Virus record (IMG/VR): IMGVR_UViG_3300033048_000096 | Origin: a virus | Length of the DNA: 64,000 nt | Reading direction: 5' to 3' (one strand) | Shown: piece after piece, positions 1-8,862 of the stretch | Numbering within the stretch: the first letter of the stretch is position 1 | How the letters are laid out: every line of letters starts with the position of its first letter | Notes under the pieces: generated by a model | What the model was told of the DNA's origin: nothing | The model's database searches: none | What the model saw: the letters and a program-made list of their open reading frames with translations, nothing else | Made by a program: the position numbers and the translations under genes

Positions 1-99
1 GGGTTGCAGAGGATGTACAGAGGTTGCAGGTGTTGCAGGTGTTGCAGAGGTTGCAGGGGATGCAGAGGTTGCAGAGGTTGCAGGGTATGCAGAGGATAG
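1..99. repeat. Degenerate 9-bp tandem repeat, consensus AGGTTGCAG, about 10.5 copies, truncated by the window edge
   Basis: Units read directly: gggttgcag, aggatgtacag, aggttgcag, gtgttgcag, gtgttgcag, aggttgcag, gggatgcag, aggttgcag, aggttgcag, ggtatgcag, aggatag. Confidence 0.9.
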
Positions 100-581
100 T
101 TATCTTCTTGTGTGTATTCTTTCTTTCCTATGTGTATTTTTCTTTTGTTAGTGATCGGATACCTATATATTTCTAACAAGAGAAGCTAGTTTTGATTTTA
201 TCTTTCTTGTCAGGAATAGGAATAGAACCTAGGATATATGAGTAGAATATCTTCTGATAGAGATGGTACGAGTTGCTTCAGAAATTATCAAATTAAATTA
301 TTGATTATTTCATTGGGGGTTTAGATTTGTCATTTTCCTAAGTAATTCCAATAAATACATGATATTGGTATTGATTTCTTTATGATATTCAGGTATATTA
401 TGAGGGTCGGTTGTATGTTTGTTGATTTTGGTCGCTCATTGTATGAAAGTGAGCTTGACAATTTTGGTTATGAGAATCATAAATAGAATTAAAATAATAA
501 GATTTGATATAGGTTTATAATTATATGGCTTATTGGATTTATTTGCTATGAATATTTGGGAATAATTATATGGAGGTTATA

Positions 582-1364
582 ATGGAAGAAAGGGTTATTG
601 AGGCGTATGATAGGTTGCCTGGGTGGGTATGTATGGGTATGCGTTCTGCTGAATCTGGATATAGATATAGCGGAGATAATTTGATGGGTTGGTCATTCAA
701 TGCTGTTATGGGTTCTTGGCATCCGGAAGAGCGCAAGCCTCATGAGCGAGGTGCTGTTGGTAATGTAATTGCTTCGGAGCCTTATTATTATATTTCTCGA
801 ATTAATTCGATGATAGATTTGATTGAGGGAGATAAGGTAACGAACCCTGAGTCATTGGAGCGTTTCTCTTCTTCGAAGGTTGGAGATTTATTTAAGTTCT
901 CTGTATCGATATCTTATGATGGTCCTCCGGATATCATTTCGGGTACGGGCTTGGATAATTTGGAGGCGTTCATTAACCTTATTGGTTCTGTGGCTAAATA
1001 TTATAACGTTCTTCGTCCATCTTTGCCTGGTGTATCATCTTTCTTTGAGGAAAGCATGTCTCTTTATTTATTCCCTCATGATATTGATGTTGATGTATTT
1101 GAGGATGCTTCGGGCGATTACTCTCTGAGTCTTAATTCTCATTCTCTTTGTTCATCTTTGCTCACTAAATATCCGGCCTTCTTCGTTCCGTCGGGTTCGG
1201 ATCAGGTTTTGGATTTCGAGGGGGAATATTTCCATGGCGTATTATCTTTGATGTCGGGAGATATAAAAGTATATTCTTTCTATGGCGTTGTTCCTGATTT
1301 AACGAAGAGGATTTCGGATCTTAAGGGGATAGGTACCTATGCCGGTAATAAGGCGCATGTTTAG
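582..1364 (+). CDS. Hypothetical protein
   Basis: Long ORF; GGAGG RBS before ATG at 582; followed by a terminator; no motif recognised. Confidence 0.7.
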   Translation: MEERVIEAYDRLPGWVCMGMRSAESGYRYSGDNLMGWSFNAVMGSWHPEERKPHERGAVGNVIASEPYYYISRINSMIDLIEGDKVTNPESLERFSSSKVGDLFKFSVSISYDGPPDIISGTGLDNLEAFINLIGSVAKYYNVLRPSLPGVSSFFEESMSLYLFPHDIDVDVFEDASGDYSLSLNSHSLCSSLLTKYPAFFVPSGSDQVLDFEGEYFHGVLSLMSGDIKVYSFYGVVPDLTKRISDLKGIGTYAGNKAHV

Positions 1365-1448
1365 GCTTACTGCTAACTGGCGATGAAGTTTATGAAGAAA
1401 AAGGTTGGCGACATTTAAGCGACAAGATCATTATAACCATGATATTCA

Positions 1449-1616
1449 TTATCGCTTAGCTTCTTCGGAGGCTTTTTTTTTGTTTTTATTTTTGATTGAC
1501 GCGGCGATTTCGAGGTATAGATCCATTGCCCTCCCCTCTATTTGCGTCGCCAATTCATGCTCACCATCGTCGTTAAGGGCCTCTGCGAGCCTGTGGAGGT
1601 GTTTCAGAGCCTTCAT
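1449..1616 (-). CDS. 55-aa protein carrying the shared leader motif (absent from ORF track)
   Basis: Manual translation MKALKHLHRLAEALNDDGEHELATQIEGRAMDLYLEIAASIKNKNKKKASEEAKR*; ATG overlaps the TGA of 1613..2464 (ATGA coupling). Confidence 0.65.
   Translation of the reverse strand: MKALKHLHRLAEALNDDGEHELATQIEGRAMDLYLEIAASIKNKNKKKASEEAKR
1459..1481 (+). terminator. Intrinsic terminator for 582..1364
   Basis: GCTTC-TTCG-GAGGC hairpin (cUUCGg tetraloop) followed by 9 T. Confidence 0.7.
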
Positions 1617-2464
1617 TGGGGTGTAGAGAACCTAACGACGTTGTCGGGCTGAGAAGGCGGCTGTGGGTCTTCTTTCGGCATTTCGAGTGTTTTGTGCGAG
1701 GTGTCAAAGCTTTTGACTAGATTTTGCGCTTCTATTTTTGCTGTATCAAGATTCATGTACATGCCATTCGCGACTCTCTCTACAAATCCTAACAAGAGAT
1801 AGAACTGATTATCTTTGTAGAATGGATCTTCCAGGTCTTCTAATTCTTCATTGGATGGTTCTTCGTAGTCACTATCATCAATCGGAGGCATATCCATGTC
1901 ATCAAACATATCATCAAAATCTCCGGGCTCCGCCATTTTTTTCAATATATTGGTAAAGTAATCGGCTTGGAGATGCATTCCTTTTTCGTCAAGCATATCA
2001 GCGAGCTTAGTTATGTCATTAATCATGCTAGCTTCGGGAGTTATAAAGTTTCCTGTATCAAACCTAGATGGATCTTCCATGCCTTGTTCGGCTCCCTGCA
2101 TGAGGACCTTTGATAATTGTTCGATTATGCTTTGTTGATCGAGTTCTGTTTTAACCTCTCTCTCTTGCATTTGATTAAGCTCAAGCATCATTTTCTTTAT
2201 ATCTTCTGGATATCCGCCATCCATATATTCATCAGCGACGATTAGATCATCGCCCTCCAAGCCTTCGAAAGCCTCAGTTTCTGTCAGGGTATAGGGATCG
2301 ATTCCTTCTTCAGCGAGCCATCCCTCCTCTTTTAGCAGGTCTTCGGGAGATGGTTCTTTACCTTCCTGGGCGTATTTCATGATAAAGTTGTCTAACCTAT
2401 CCGCCTTGTTAACCTTTCCTTCTTTATCAAGTCTTGTGGCTATCTTTATAAGTGCTTTAATCAT
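1613..2464 (-). CDS. Acidic protein with two copies of the shared leader motif
   Basis: LIKIATRLDKEGKVNKADRLDNFI (aa 5-28) and ITKLADMLDEKGMHLQADYFTNIL (aa 151-174), each followed by D/E-rich tracts. Confidence 0.8.
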   Translation of the reverse strand: MIKALIKIATRLDKEGKVNKADRLDNFIMKYAQEGKEPSPEDLLKEEGWLAEEGIDPYTLTETEAFEGLEGDDLIVADEYMDGGYPEDIKKMMLELNQMQEREVKTELDQQSIIEQLSKVLMQGAEQGMEDPSRFDTGNFITPEASMINDITKLADMLDEKGMHLQADYFTNILKKMAEPGDFDDMFDDMDMPPIDDSDYEEPSNEELEDLEDPFYKDNQFYLLLGFVERVANGMYMNLDTAKIEAQNLVKSFDTSHKTLEMPKEDPQPPSQPDNVVRFSTPQ

Positions 2465-2485
2465 CTCAAAATCCTCTAATTTTAT

Positions 2486-3652
2486 CTATTTTCTAACTGT
2501 ATATAAACCTACGTCTATAATTTTTAAATTACCATCTTTATCTTGCATAATGTTATTATTATGAACGTCTGACCAAGAGATTTCAAAATTTTTATATAGA
2601 GAATCTAACATTTTAAATAACCCGGATGTTTCGGGCTGTTCTTGCCAGAATTTGGAGTCAGCTTCATCACCCGGCCTATATTTATCGTGATAATACATTT
2701 TGTATCTATCTCTGGGGAATGAGTATTTATTAGAGTACTTTTTAATAACAAAACTAATGAGATCATAAAAGTATTCTTCTGCGGTATCAAAATATAAATT
2801 TTCATTTCCACTTTCTTTGTTATATATTTCTTCTACCTTGTTTATGCTGGCAAAATAATGTGACATCACTTTTGTTATTTTATTGAATCCATCATAATTT
2901 AGGCGTTCTATTGCCATAATTTCTTTCATTATATCATTTGCTGTGATATCCTTAAATGACTCTCTAAACATAGCAATTTTCGATATAATTTTGCTTATAT
3001 CTTTTGATAATCTAAACACATATTGATCATCCTTAAGAAGGTTTGTTTCCTTTCTTGCATTATAGAATTCCTGTTGACCACTTCCATTTAAAATTTCAAG
3101 CATTTCCGGAGATAATGGCTCAAGCCTTTCCATTATGACTATTTGATATTCGTTCCCTTCTTCGGTCCCTCCCTTTTTAAGTTCGTATATATCAGGTATA
3201 TGTTTGCTTAGCTCTGGGGGCATGGCATCTTTTGCTTTAAGTATTTCGATCCAATTTTCCACTTCTTGGTCATCAGGCATTTCGTGATCATTTATGACAA
3301 CCTTCGCGACAGCATCAGTTCCTTTATATATTCCCGCGAATACAATTCCGTAAGCACCTTGCCCGATATATGCATAATCGGATGAACCGAAAGCATGAGG
3401 TTCAAAACCATTTTCTCTCAATAGGTCTTCGGCCCTCTTTTCTTTTTTAGGTTTTCCGCTCTTTGGATCCACATCTTTGTCAGATATATTTTCGTCGAAG
3501 TATTCTTCTTCGGATATTTGCTTATCTCCAAATTCCTTTACGGCTTCTTCGTGCCAAGGCTCTTCGTACTCAGATAATTCATCGACAATTTGAGAGAATT
3601 TAATATAGCCATTTGTCCTTAGCCAATATGATAAGGATATTAGTTCATTCAT
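2486..3652 (-). CDS. Protein-kinase-like fold enzyme with divergent leader motif
   Basis: Gly loop IGQGAYGIVF, VAKVV lysine, hinge IMERL, catalytic loop SDVHNNNIM, IIDVG in place of DFG. Confidence 0.85.
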   Translation of the reverse strand: MNELISLSYWLRTNGYIKFSQIVDELSEYEEPWHEEAVKEFGDKQISEEEYFDENISDKDVDPKSGKPKKEKRAEDLLRENGFEPHAFGSSDYAYIGQGAYGIVFAGIYKGTDAVAKVVINDHEMPDDQEVENWIEILKAKDAMPPELSKHIPDIYELKKGGTEEGNEYQIVIMERLEPLSPEMLEILNGSGQQEFYNARKETNLLKDDQYVFRLSKDISKIISKIAMFRESFKDITANDIMKEIMAIERLNYDGFNKITKVMSHYFASINKVEEIYNKESGNENLYFDTAEEYFYDLISFVIKKYSNKYSFPRDRYKMYYHDKYRPGDEADSKFWQEQPETSGLFKMLDSLYKNFEISWSDVHNNNIMQDKDGNLKIIDVGLYTVRK

Positions 3653-4350
3653 TATTTAACTCTTTGATAATTCTTTATTCTTTTTCTTACATTTCGCCAG
3701 TCAATATTACCAAGAAACCACTCTACGTATTCTTCCTTGTCTAATCCGAAGTCATTTAAATAAGCATGCTCCCACATATCCAAAGCTAATACCGGAATTG
3801 CTCCTACGATTACATGTTGGTCATGCAGATCAATAGCATTTAAATATAGCTTTTTAGTTATCGTGCAGAAGTTTAAAACAATCCAACCCGATCGGGATAC
3901 ATTAGCTACCCGTTTTATTTCTGTCAGGAAATGGCTTCCACTATATAACTCCTTAAGAATTGCTTTCATTTGAGTGTCTTTATCTAATGAGAATGGTTTA
4001 CTATTTATTACATCCTCAATATACATATTATGAAGACGAACGGAATTAGTATTATAAGCATAATTTGCGCTTATCTCACGAAGCTTACCCATGTTTGGGG
4101 AATCTTTTTCGTTGTTTGATAGCATAGCCTTCTTCCACTCGCCCTCAAAATGCTTAGCAGCCTTCTCATAGCCCCCCAGAAGCTCAAGATGCCTCTCGAC
4201 CGACACTAGCTTAAGGCCGCACTTGTGAACGCCCTGCTTGGCCGTCTTAGATAAGCTATGAGCGATCCGATCTATCTCGTCAGCTTGCTTTGGCAATCCA
4301 AGCTTATCTATTTTGTCTGATATATCAAGTAAGTCGCTTATGTTAGACAT
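3652..4350 (-). CDS. Fe/Mn superoxide dismutase family protein with N-terminal leader motif
   Basis: Signature DMWEHAY, SGW, candidate His ligands in ERHLEL and NSVRLHNMY. Confidence 0.85.
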   Translation of the reverse strand: MSNISDLLDISDKIDKLGLPKQADEIDRIAHSLSKTAKQGVHKCGLKLVSVERHLELLGGYEKAAKHFEGEWKKAMLSNNEKDSPNMGKLREISANYAYNTNSVRLHNMYIEDVINSKPFSLDKDTQMKAILKELYSGSHFLTEIKRVANVSRSGWIVLNFCTITKKLYLNAIDLHDQHVIVGAIPVLALDMWEHAYLNDFGLDKEEYVEWFLGNIDWRNVRKRIKNYQRVK

Positions 4351-4393
4351 ATTTATTTATCCTCTTATGTATATTTATATGAAAATTAGCATA

Positions 4394-4753
4394 TTAATCT
4401 TTGAGAATTCTTCTCTTTTTCATCCATTTCTTTGCGGTCTTGAGAACTTTATTATGAAAATTAATATTAACGCCAGAAGACATCATTTCCGCAAATAGCT
4501 TTGGGCCATCAACCGAAGAAGCTTTCTTATAATCGCTTCTTAATTTTTTAAGCTTGTTCTCTTCTTCATGACATCTTTTTACAGATTCTTTATATAAGTC
4601 TTTAATTTGCTCAGAAATCGAAACCCATTCTCTTTGTGCCAACCGCTTATCATCGGCTGTTATCATTTTTGACCACCGATCATCAAGAATTAAAAAAATT
4701 CTCCTTGTTTCTGACCAACTTCTTGGGTACACTATAGATATGCGATTATGCAT
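4394..4753 (-). CDS. Hypothetical protein
   Basis: 119-aa ORF with GAGGTG RBS, fits operon packing. Confidence 0.65.
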   Translation of the reverse strand: MHNRISIVYPRSWSETRRIFLILDDRWSKMITADDKRLAQREWVSISEQIKDLYKESVKRCHEEENKLKKLRSDYKKASSVDGPKLFAEMMSSGVNINFHNKVLKTAKKWMKKRRILKD

Positions 4754-4818
4754 ACTTCACCTCTTTATTAATTTACTTAGTTGATATAGGTAATTAAACC
4801 CATTAAAGGAATATATTC

Positions 4819-5316
4819 ATGCTAGACCAGCACATAATAAGAGATTTTAGTCAAAACACTTATACCAAAGAAGAATTTTTAAATCAATTAAAAAATTATG
4901 ATGAGCAAGGATATAACCTGTACATAGGAACTGACTCTCAAATAGTTAAAAGAAAAATATCAATCGTTACCGCTATGTGCTTTCATAAGTCAGGAGATGA
5001 TGCGGGGGATGATGCAGGTGGTGTAAGCGGTAAGATATTTTATGTAAAGGAACGCATAGGCAGGAAACAATATCCTAACTTAAGAACGAGAATGCTTCTT
5101 GAAGCATATAGAAGCATCGAACTGGCCATGGAACTTGAAAGCCTTTTCTCGAAAAAACTCGAAGTCCATCTTGATGTTGGCAACACAATAAAGTCAAAAA
5201 CATCTGCTTATGAAAAAGAACTTCAAGCTTTAGTGCTTAGTCAAGGATATGGATGCGAAATAAAACCATATAGTTGGGCCAGCTCTTCTGTCGCAGATAA
5301 GGTTGTTAAAAGTTAA
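4819..5316 (+). CDS. RNase H-like YkuK (DUF458) family protein
   Basis: LYIGTDSQ, RMLLEAYRS, LEVHLDVG, IKPYSWASSSVADK motifs. Confidence 0.8.
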   Translation: MLDQHIIRDFSQNTYTKEEFLNQLKNYDEQGYNLYIGTDSQIVKRKISIVTAMCFHKSGDDAGDDAGGVSGKIFYVKERIGRKQYPNLRTRMLLEAYRSIELAMELESLFSKKLEVHLDVGNTIKSKTSAYEKELQALVLSQGYGCEIKPYSWASSSVADKVVKS

Positions 5317-6153
5317 ATGCAACCCACAATATATTTCGTCGCCGGAATGCCAAGAAGCGGAAGCACTTTGCTGATGAATCTTTTGGGGCAAAATCCTAAT
5401 CATCATGTGACTCCAACCAGCGGGCTGAACGGTCTAATAAGCGTAGTCAAAAACCAATGGATGAATATTGAACCATTCAAAGCCCAAGGGCTAAGCAATA
5501 TAGAGCCTAGAGTATCCTCCTCGATCAGAGGAATGATGTATGGGTTTTATGAAAAGGAACTTGGCGCAGGTAAAATAGTATTTGATAAAAACAGGGTTTG
5601 GCCACAACAAATAGAACTACTTGAAGATGCTCTTAATCGAAGAATCAAAGTAATATGCACAGTTAGAGATACCAAAGCTGTAGTCGCGTCATTTGAAAAA
5701 CTTTATAGAAAGTCACCGCTATCAAGGAAAATACCTATGGGCGCAGCTAACCTAGATGCTCAAACGATTAATGGAAGAGCTAATCTCTTGTTAGGAAATG
5801 GCGGAGTTATAGGAAGCGCAATAAATATGATAAGAGATGCTTACGTAAGAGGCTTTGAAGACCGCTTAATTATAATTCCATATCAAGACCTTGTGTCAAA
5901 ACCCCTGGTAGTTGTTAACGAAATACATGCGTCATTAAATATTCCTAAATTCAAATATGACCCCGATAATGTTACTCAAATAACAAAAGAAGACGATATC
6001 CTATATGGATGGGGAAATGACTTGCATACTATAAGACCCAAGATAGAAACGCCTAAAGAAAATCCATGGATTAATATATTGCCAAGAGATCTTTGTGAGC
6101 GTATAAATATTGAATTTGCAGATATTAATAACCTATCTAAACCTAAATTTTAA
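5317..6153 (+). CDS. Sulfotransferase family protein
   Basis: PAPS-binding loop GMPRSGSTLL, DKNR, VRD...VVASFE. Confidence 0.85.
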   Translation: MQPTIYFVAGMPRSGSTLLMNLLGQNPNHHVTPTSGLNGLISVVKNQWMNIEPFKAQGLSNIEPRVSSSIRGMMYGFYEKELGAGKIVFDKNRVWPQQIELLEDALNRRIKVICTVRDTKAVVASFEKLYRKSPLSRKIPMGAANLDAQTINGRANLLLGNGGVIGSAINMIRDAYVRGFEDRLIIIPYQDLVSKPLVVVNEIHASLNIPKFKYDPDNVTQITKEDDILYGWGNDLHTIRPKIETPKENPWINILPRDLCERINIEFADINNLSKPKF

Positions 6154-7805
6154 GTTCCGCTTTCTGAAACATTAAGCATGCAGTCCCAACTGATTGTAGT
6201 TGCGGCTGCCCCAGATACATTAACCTCAAGACTTTCTGTCGCATCATCTGCTGATATAGCCACGGCCCAAGTTGCAGCCCCTAGATCTTGATTTATTAAC
6301 GTAATAGTTACGCCAACTAATGTGGTGTTGCTCGCTCCATCTCTTTTTATCAACCCAGAAACTTCCCATGCCGAAGCAACAACACCTGCCGCGTCATAAG
6401 CGCTAACTATACCCTTAAACCCATAAGCTTTGTTGGCTCTTATTATCAAAGACGCAGCTAACGCTCTTAATGGAGTTATCGCAGTGTTGCTTGTTTGGGC
6501 ATTCAGATGATATATAGCCCACTGAGCGGCACCTTGAGAGGGATTCGTAGTTCTTCCTGACGACCAAGAAATCTGACCAGGAACGGAAGCGATTGATTGC
6601 CTGCCGCCAGCCATGGAATTTGTACCTATCGCGGTAGTGGATGTATTACTACCAAATGACTGAGACTCAGAACCGTATGCTTGAGTTGTATTGCCTATGC
6701 TAATGGAGTTGTCACCAGTAGTTATAGAACTTATGCCGAAGCTAATTGAGTTAGCTCCATTGGCCGATGTATTATTACCTCCAGCCATAGCTTGCGCTCC
6801 CGCAGCGCTTGTAGAGCAAGAAAGACCTAATGATAATGAATTAATTCCCGTAGAAGAACCATTGCTGTTTATCGCCATAGACCTATCTCCTACAGCAGAC
6901 CCGTTAAAGCCCATAACCACGGAGCCCGTTCCTGTAGCGACAGACGAATAACCGTGGGCGAAACTGTAGTTTCCGTAAGCACCGCCTTCAGTTGCGAAAG
7001 CCACGGACCCTATTCCGTCAGCATAACATCTTGTTCCACTATTAGCGATTCCATGAGAAAATGAATAATTTCCATTTGCGTAACTGTAATATCCCGATGA
7101 AATTGAGTAATCACCAGTAGCATTGCTGTATCCAGATGAGAATGATGCAACCCCAGATGATAAACTTTGGCACATGGCCGCTGAGCTAGCTCCCGTAGCT
7201 ATCGATCCACCGCCAGATGCGAAAGAACTTGATCCACTTGCTCGGTTATTCCTACCCCCAGGTATGCAGGAGTAATTTCCGGAAGCTACATTAGTTACTG
7301 AAGAACTAATTTGTTGCAAATCAATTGCACCGAGCCCTCTGGCGTTACCAGTCACCAGGGTTTGTATTGCTCCAACTCCACCTGCTCCGTCTCCAGAACC
7401 ACCTATCAGGATTAGTGGGAACCCATTATTTCCTGAAGCTAACAGAGCATCCTCCCCCTTTATTGTTGTGCCGTCAGACACTTCAATGTTCGTTGCGCCG
7501 GTTATATTTCCCAATATTAATGTGGCAGCCAGATCTCCGCCCCCCGGAACGAAGGATAACTTAGCTAGGCTAACAGAAGCGTCCAATATGTTTGCGCCAT
7601 CTAATTGCCCCGTTGTATGTGCGTCAAGATCTACCTTTTGAGAATGTCCGTCAAGATGCTGCCCGTCATGTATATGCCCAGCAACCAATGGATCCGTAGA
7701 GCTTAGAGTTGCCCCATCTGCAGTGCCGAACAATCCTCCAAACCATGAATTCGCAACATCTTCTGTCAGGATTGTTATATTAGTCTTATATCTAGTTAAA
7801 GGCAT
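6150..7805 (-). CDS. Virion fibre/adhesin-like protein with YadA-head-like Gly/Ser/Ala repeats
   Basis: About 14-aa periodic repeats (ATGDYSISSGYYSY, ANGNYSFSHG, ANGANSISFG); GGAG RBS before ATG 7805. Confidence 0.7.
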   Translation of the reverse strand: MPLTRYKTNITILTEDVANSWFGGLFGTADGATLSSTDPLVAGHIHDGQHLDGHSQKVDLDAHTTGQLDGANILDASVSLAKLSFVPGGGDLAATLILGNITGATNIEVSDGTTIKGEDALLASGNNGFPLILIGGSGDGAGGVGAIQTLVTGNARGLGAIDLQQISSSVTNVASGNYSCIPGGRNNRASGSSSFASGGGSIATGASSAAMCQSLSSGVASFSSGYSNATGDYSISSGYYSYANGNYSFSHGIANSGTRCYADGIGSVAFATEGGAYGNYSFAHGYSSVATGTGSVVMGFNGSAVGDRSMAINSNGSSTGINSLSLGLSCSTSAAGAQAMAGGNNTSANGANSISFGISSITTGDNSISIGNTTQAYGSESQSFGSNTSTTAIGTNSMAGGRQSIASVPGQISWSSGRTTNPSQGAAQWAIYHLNAQTSNTAITPLRALAASLIIRANKAYGFKGIVSAYDAAGVVASAWEVSGLIKRDGASNTTLVGVTITLINQDLGAATWAVAISADDATESLEVNVSGAAATTISWDCMLNVSESGT

Positions 7806-7821
7806 TTTATGGCTCCGAAAT

Positions 7822-7858
7822 AAAAAAGGCCATATCACGGCCGTTCATGATATGGCTT
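7822..7858 (-). terminator. Intrinsic terminator
   Basis: Inverted repeat GCCATATCA...TGATATGGC with T-tract on the minus strand. Confidence 0.65.
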
Positions 7859-7888
7859 AAAAATTAATATATTCTATAGCTATGAATG

Positions 7889-8182
7889 CTAGTTTAATGC
7901 TTGGATCTTTTTAGCAACTCTAAGCAAAATTAAATAACCTATTAGATCAAGCTCCACATCCTCATCCTCATTAACTTCTGACTCTGAATTAGTCGCATTC
8001 TGTATTCTAGATAACTTATCATCAATCCTAACTTTAATCTGCTCAATAGAGTTGCTCGATGAAAATATCCTCTTCGGTTCTATCGCTGAGTTTCCATACT
8101 TCTTATTTTTCTCTATAAGCAAGTCTTTAACTCCGTCGCACTCTTCCTTTATTAAGCTCTGAACTTTATCTAAACTAGTCAA
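7889..8182 (-). CDS. DUF1599 / nucleotide-modification-associated domain 1 protein
   Basis: KNKKYGNS...IKVRIDDKLSRI...DLIGYLILL pattern (MazG-like helical family). Confidence 0.7.
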   Translation of the reverse strand: MTSLDKVQSLIKEECDGVKDLLIEKNKKYGNSAIEPKRIFSSSNSIEQIKVRIDDKLSRIQNATNSESEVNEDEDVELDLIGYLILLRVAKKIQALN

Positions 8183-8597
8183 CCTTGGTTTCCTCCGATA
8201 TAAAAGAGCGGATTATCTTTACCAATTCAGGATTGATGGAACCTCCTCCGACAAATAAATTATCTTTTAACTCATCTATCTTGATCCACTTGAATTCATC
8301 ACTTTCTTTATTTATCTTAACAGTTCCGGAGAACTCATTGGTTATATAAAAGAATATTCTAAGCCTTGGGGTCGTTAGTTCTCCTACATATTTTATGTTA
8401 TCCGAATTTACATCTAAGTCCGCCTCTTCTTTTAACTCTCTGGCTCCAGCAACTTCAGGAGACTCGCCCTCCTCTATGCTTCCTCCGGGAAAATTCCAGA
8501 AGCCAGCACCCCTAGATGTTTTGCTTCTCCTTAGTATTAAGAATTTGTCTTGGTCTACAACTATTACGGTAGATACTCCTTTTAGATTGGTGAACAT
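8175..8597 (-). CDS. NUDIX hydrolase
   Basis: Nudix box GGSIEEGESPEVAGARELKEEADL; GAGGA RBS before ATG 8597. Confidence 0.9.
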   Translation of the reverse strand: MFTNLKGVSTVIVVDQDKFLILRRSKTSRGAGFWNFPGGSIEEGESPEVAGARELKEEADLDVNSDNIKYVGELTTPRLRIFFYITNEFSGTVKINKESDEFKWIKIDELKDNLFVGGGSINPELVKIIRSFISEETKVD

Positions 8598-8607
8598 AAT
8601 ATCTTCC

Positions 8608-8862
8608 TCATAATGATTCCACATTTATAACTATTAAATCCTTTTCTTTAAGAATTTTTCTTAACTTTCTTTCTATAAACTTCAAAGTAAATGTAAAACT
8701 TGACGGGCAACCAACGCATTGGCCATGAAACTCTAATATAACTTGGATGGGCGGACCATCTTCTACTCCGGCTAGTACTACGAAGCCTTGGTGACTAGAT
8801 AATATACCGTTAATATCATCTTCAATTATCGATTCTATTTTAGAGAAAGTCATTTGAGACAT
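8608..8862 (-). CDS. NifU/NfuA C-terminal domain protein
   Basis: LSSHQGFV...FHGQCVGCPSS...TLKFIERKL matches the NifU-C CxxC motif. Confidence 0.8.
   Translation of the reverse strand: MSQMTFSKIESIIEDDINGILSSHQGFVVLAGVEDGPPIQVILEFHGQCVGCPSSFTFTLKFIERKLRKILKEKDLIVINVESL

Noticed and set aside
1-99. CRISPR array or coding repeat
   Set aside because: Units are 9 bp and contiguous with no spacers; an 11-nt unit breaks frame; no cas genes in the window.
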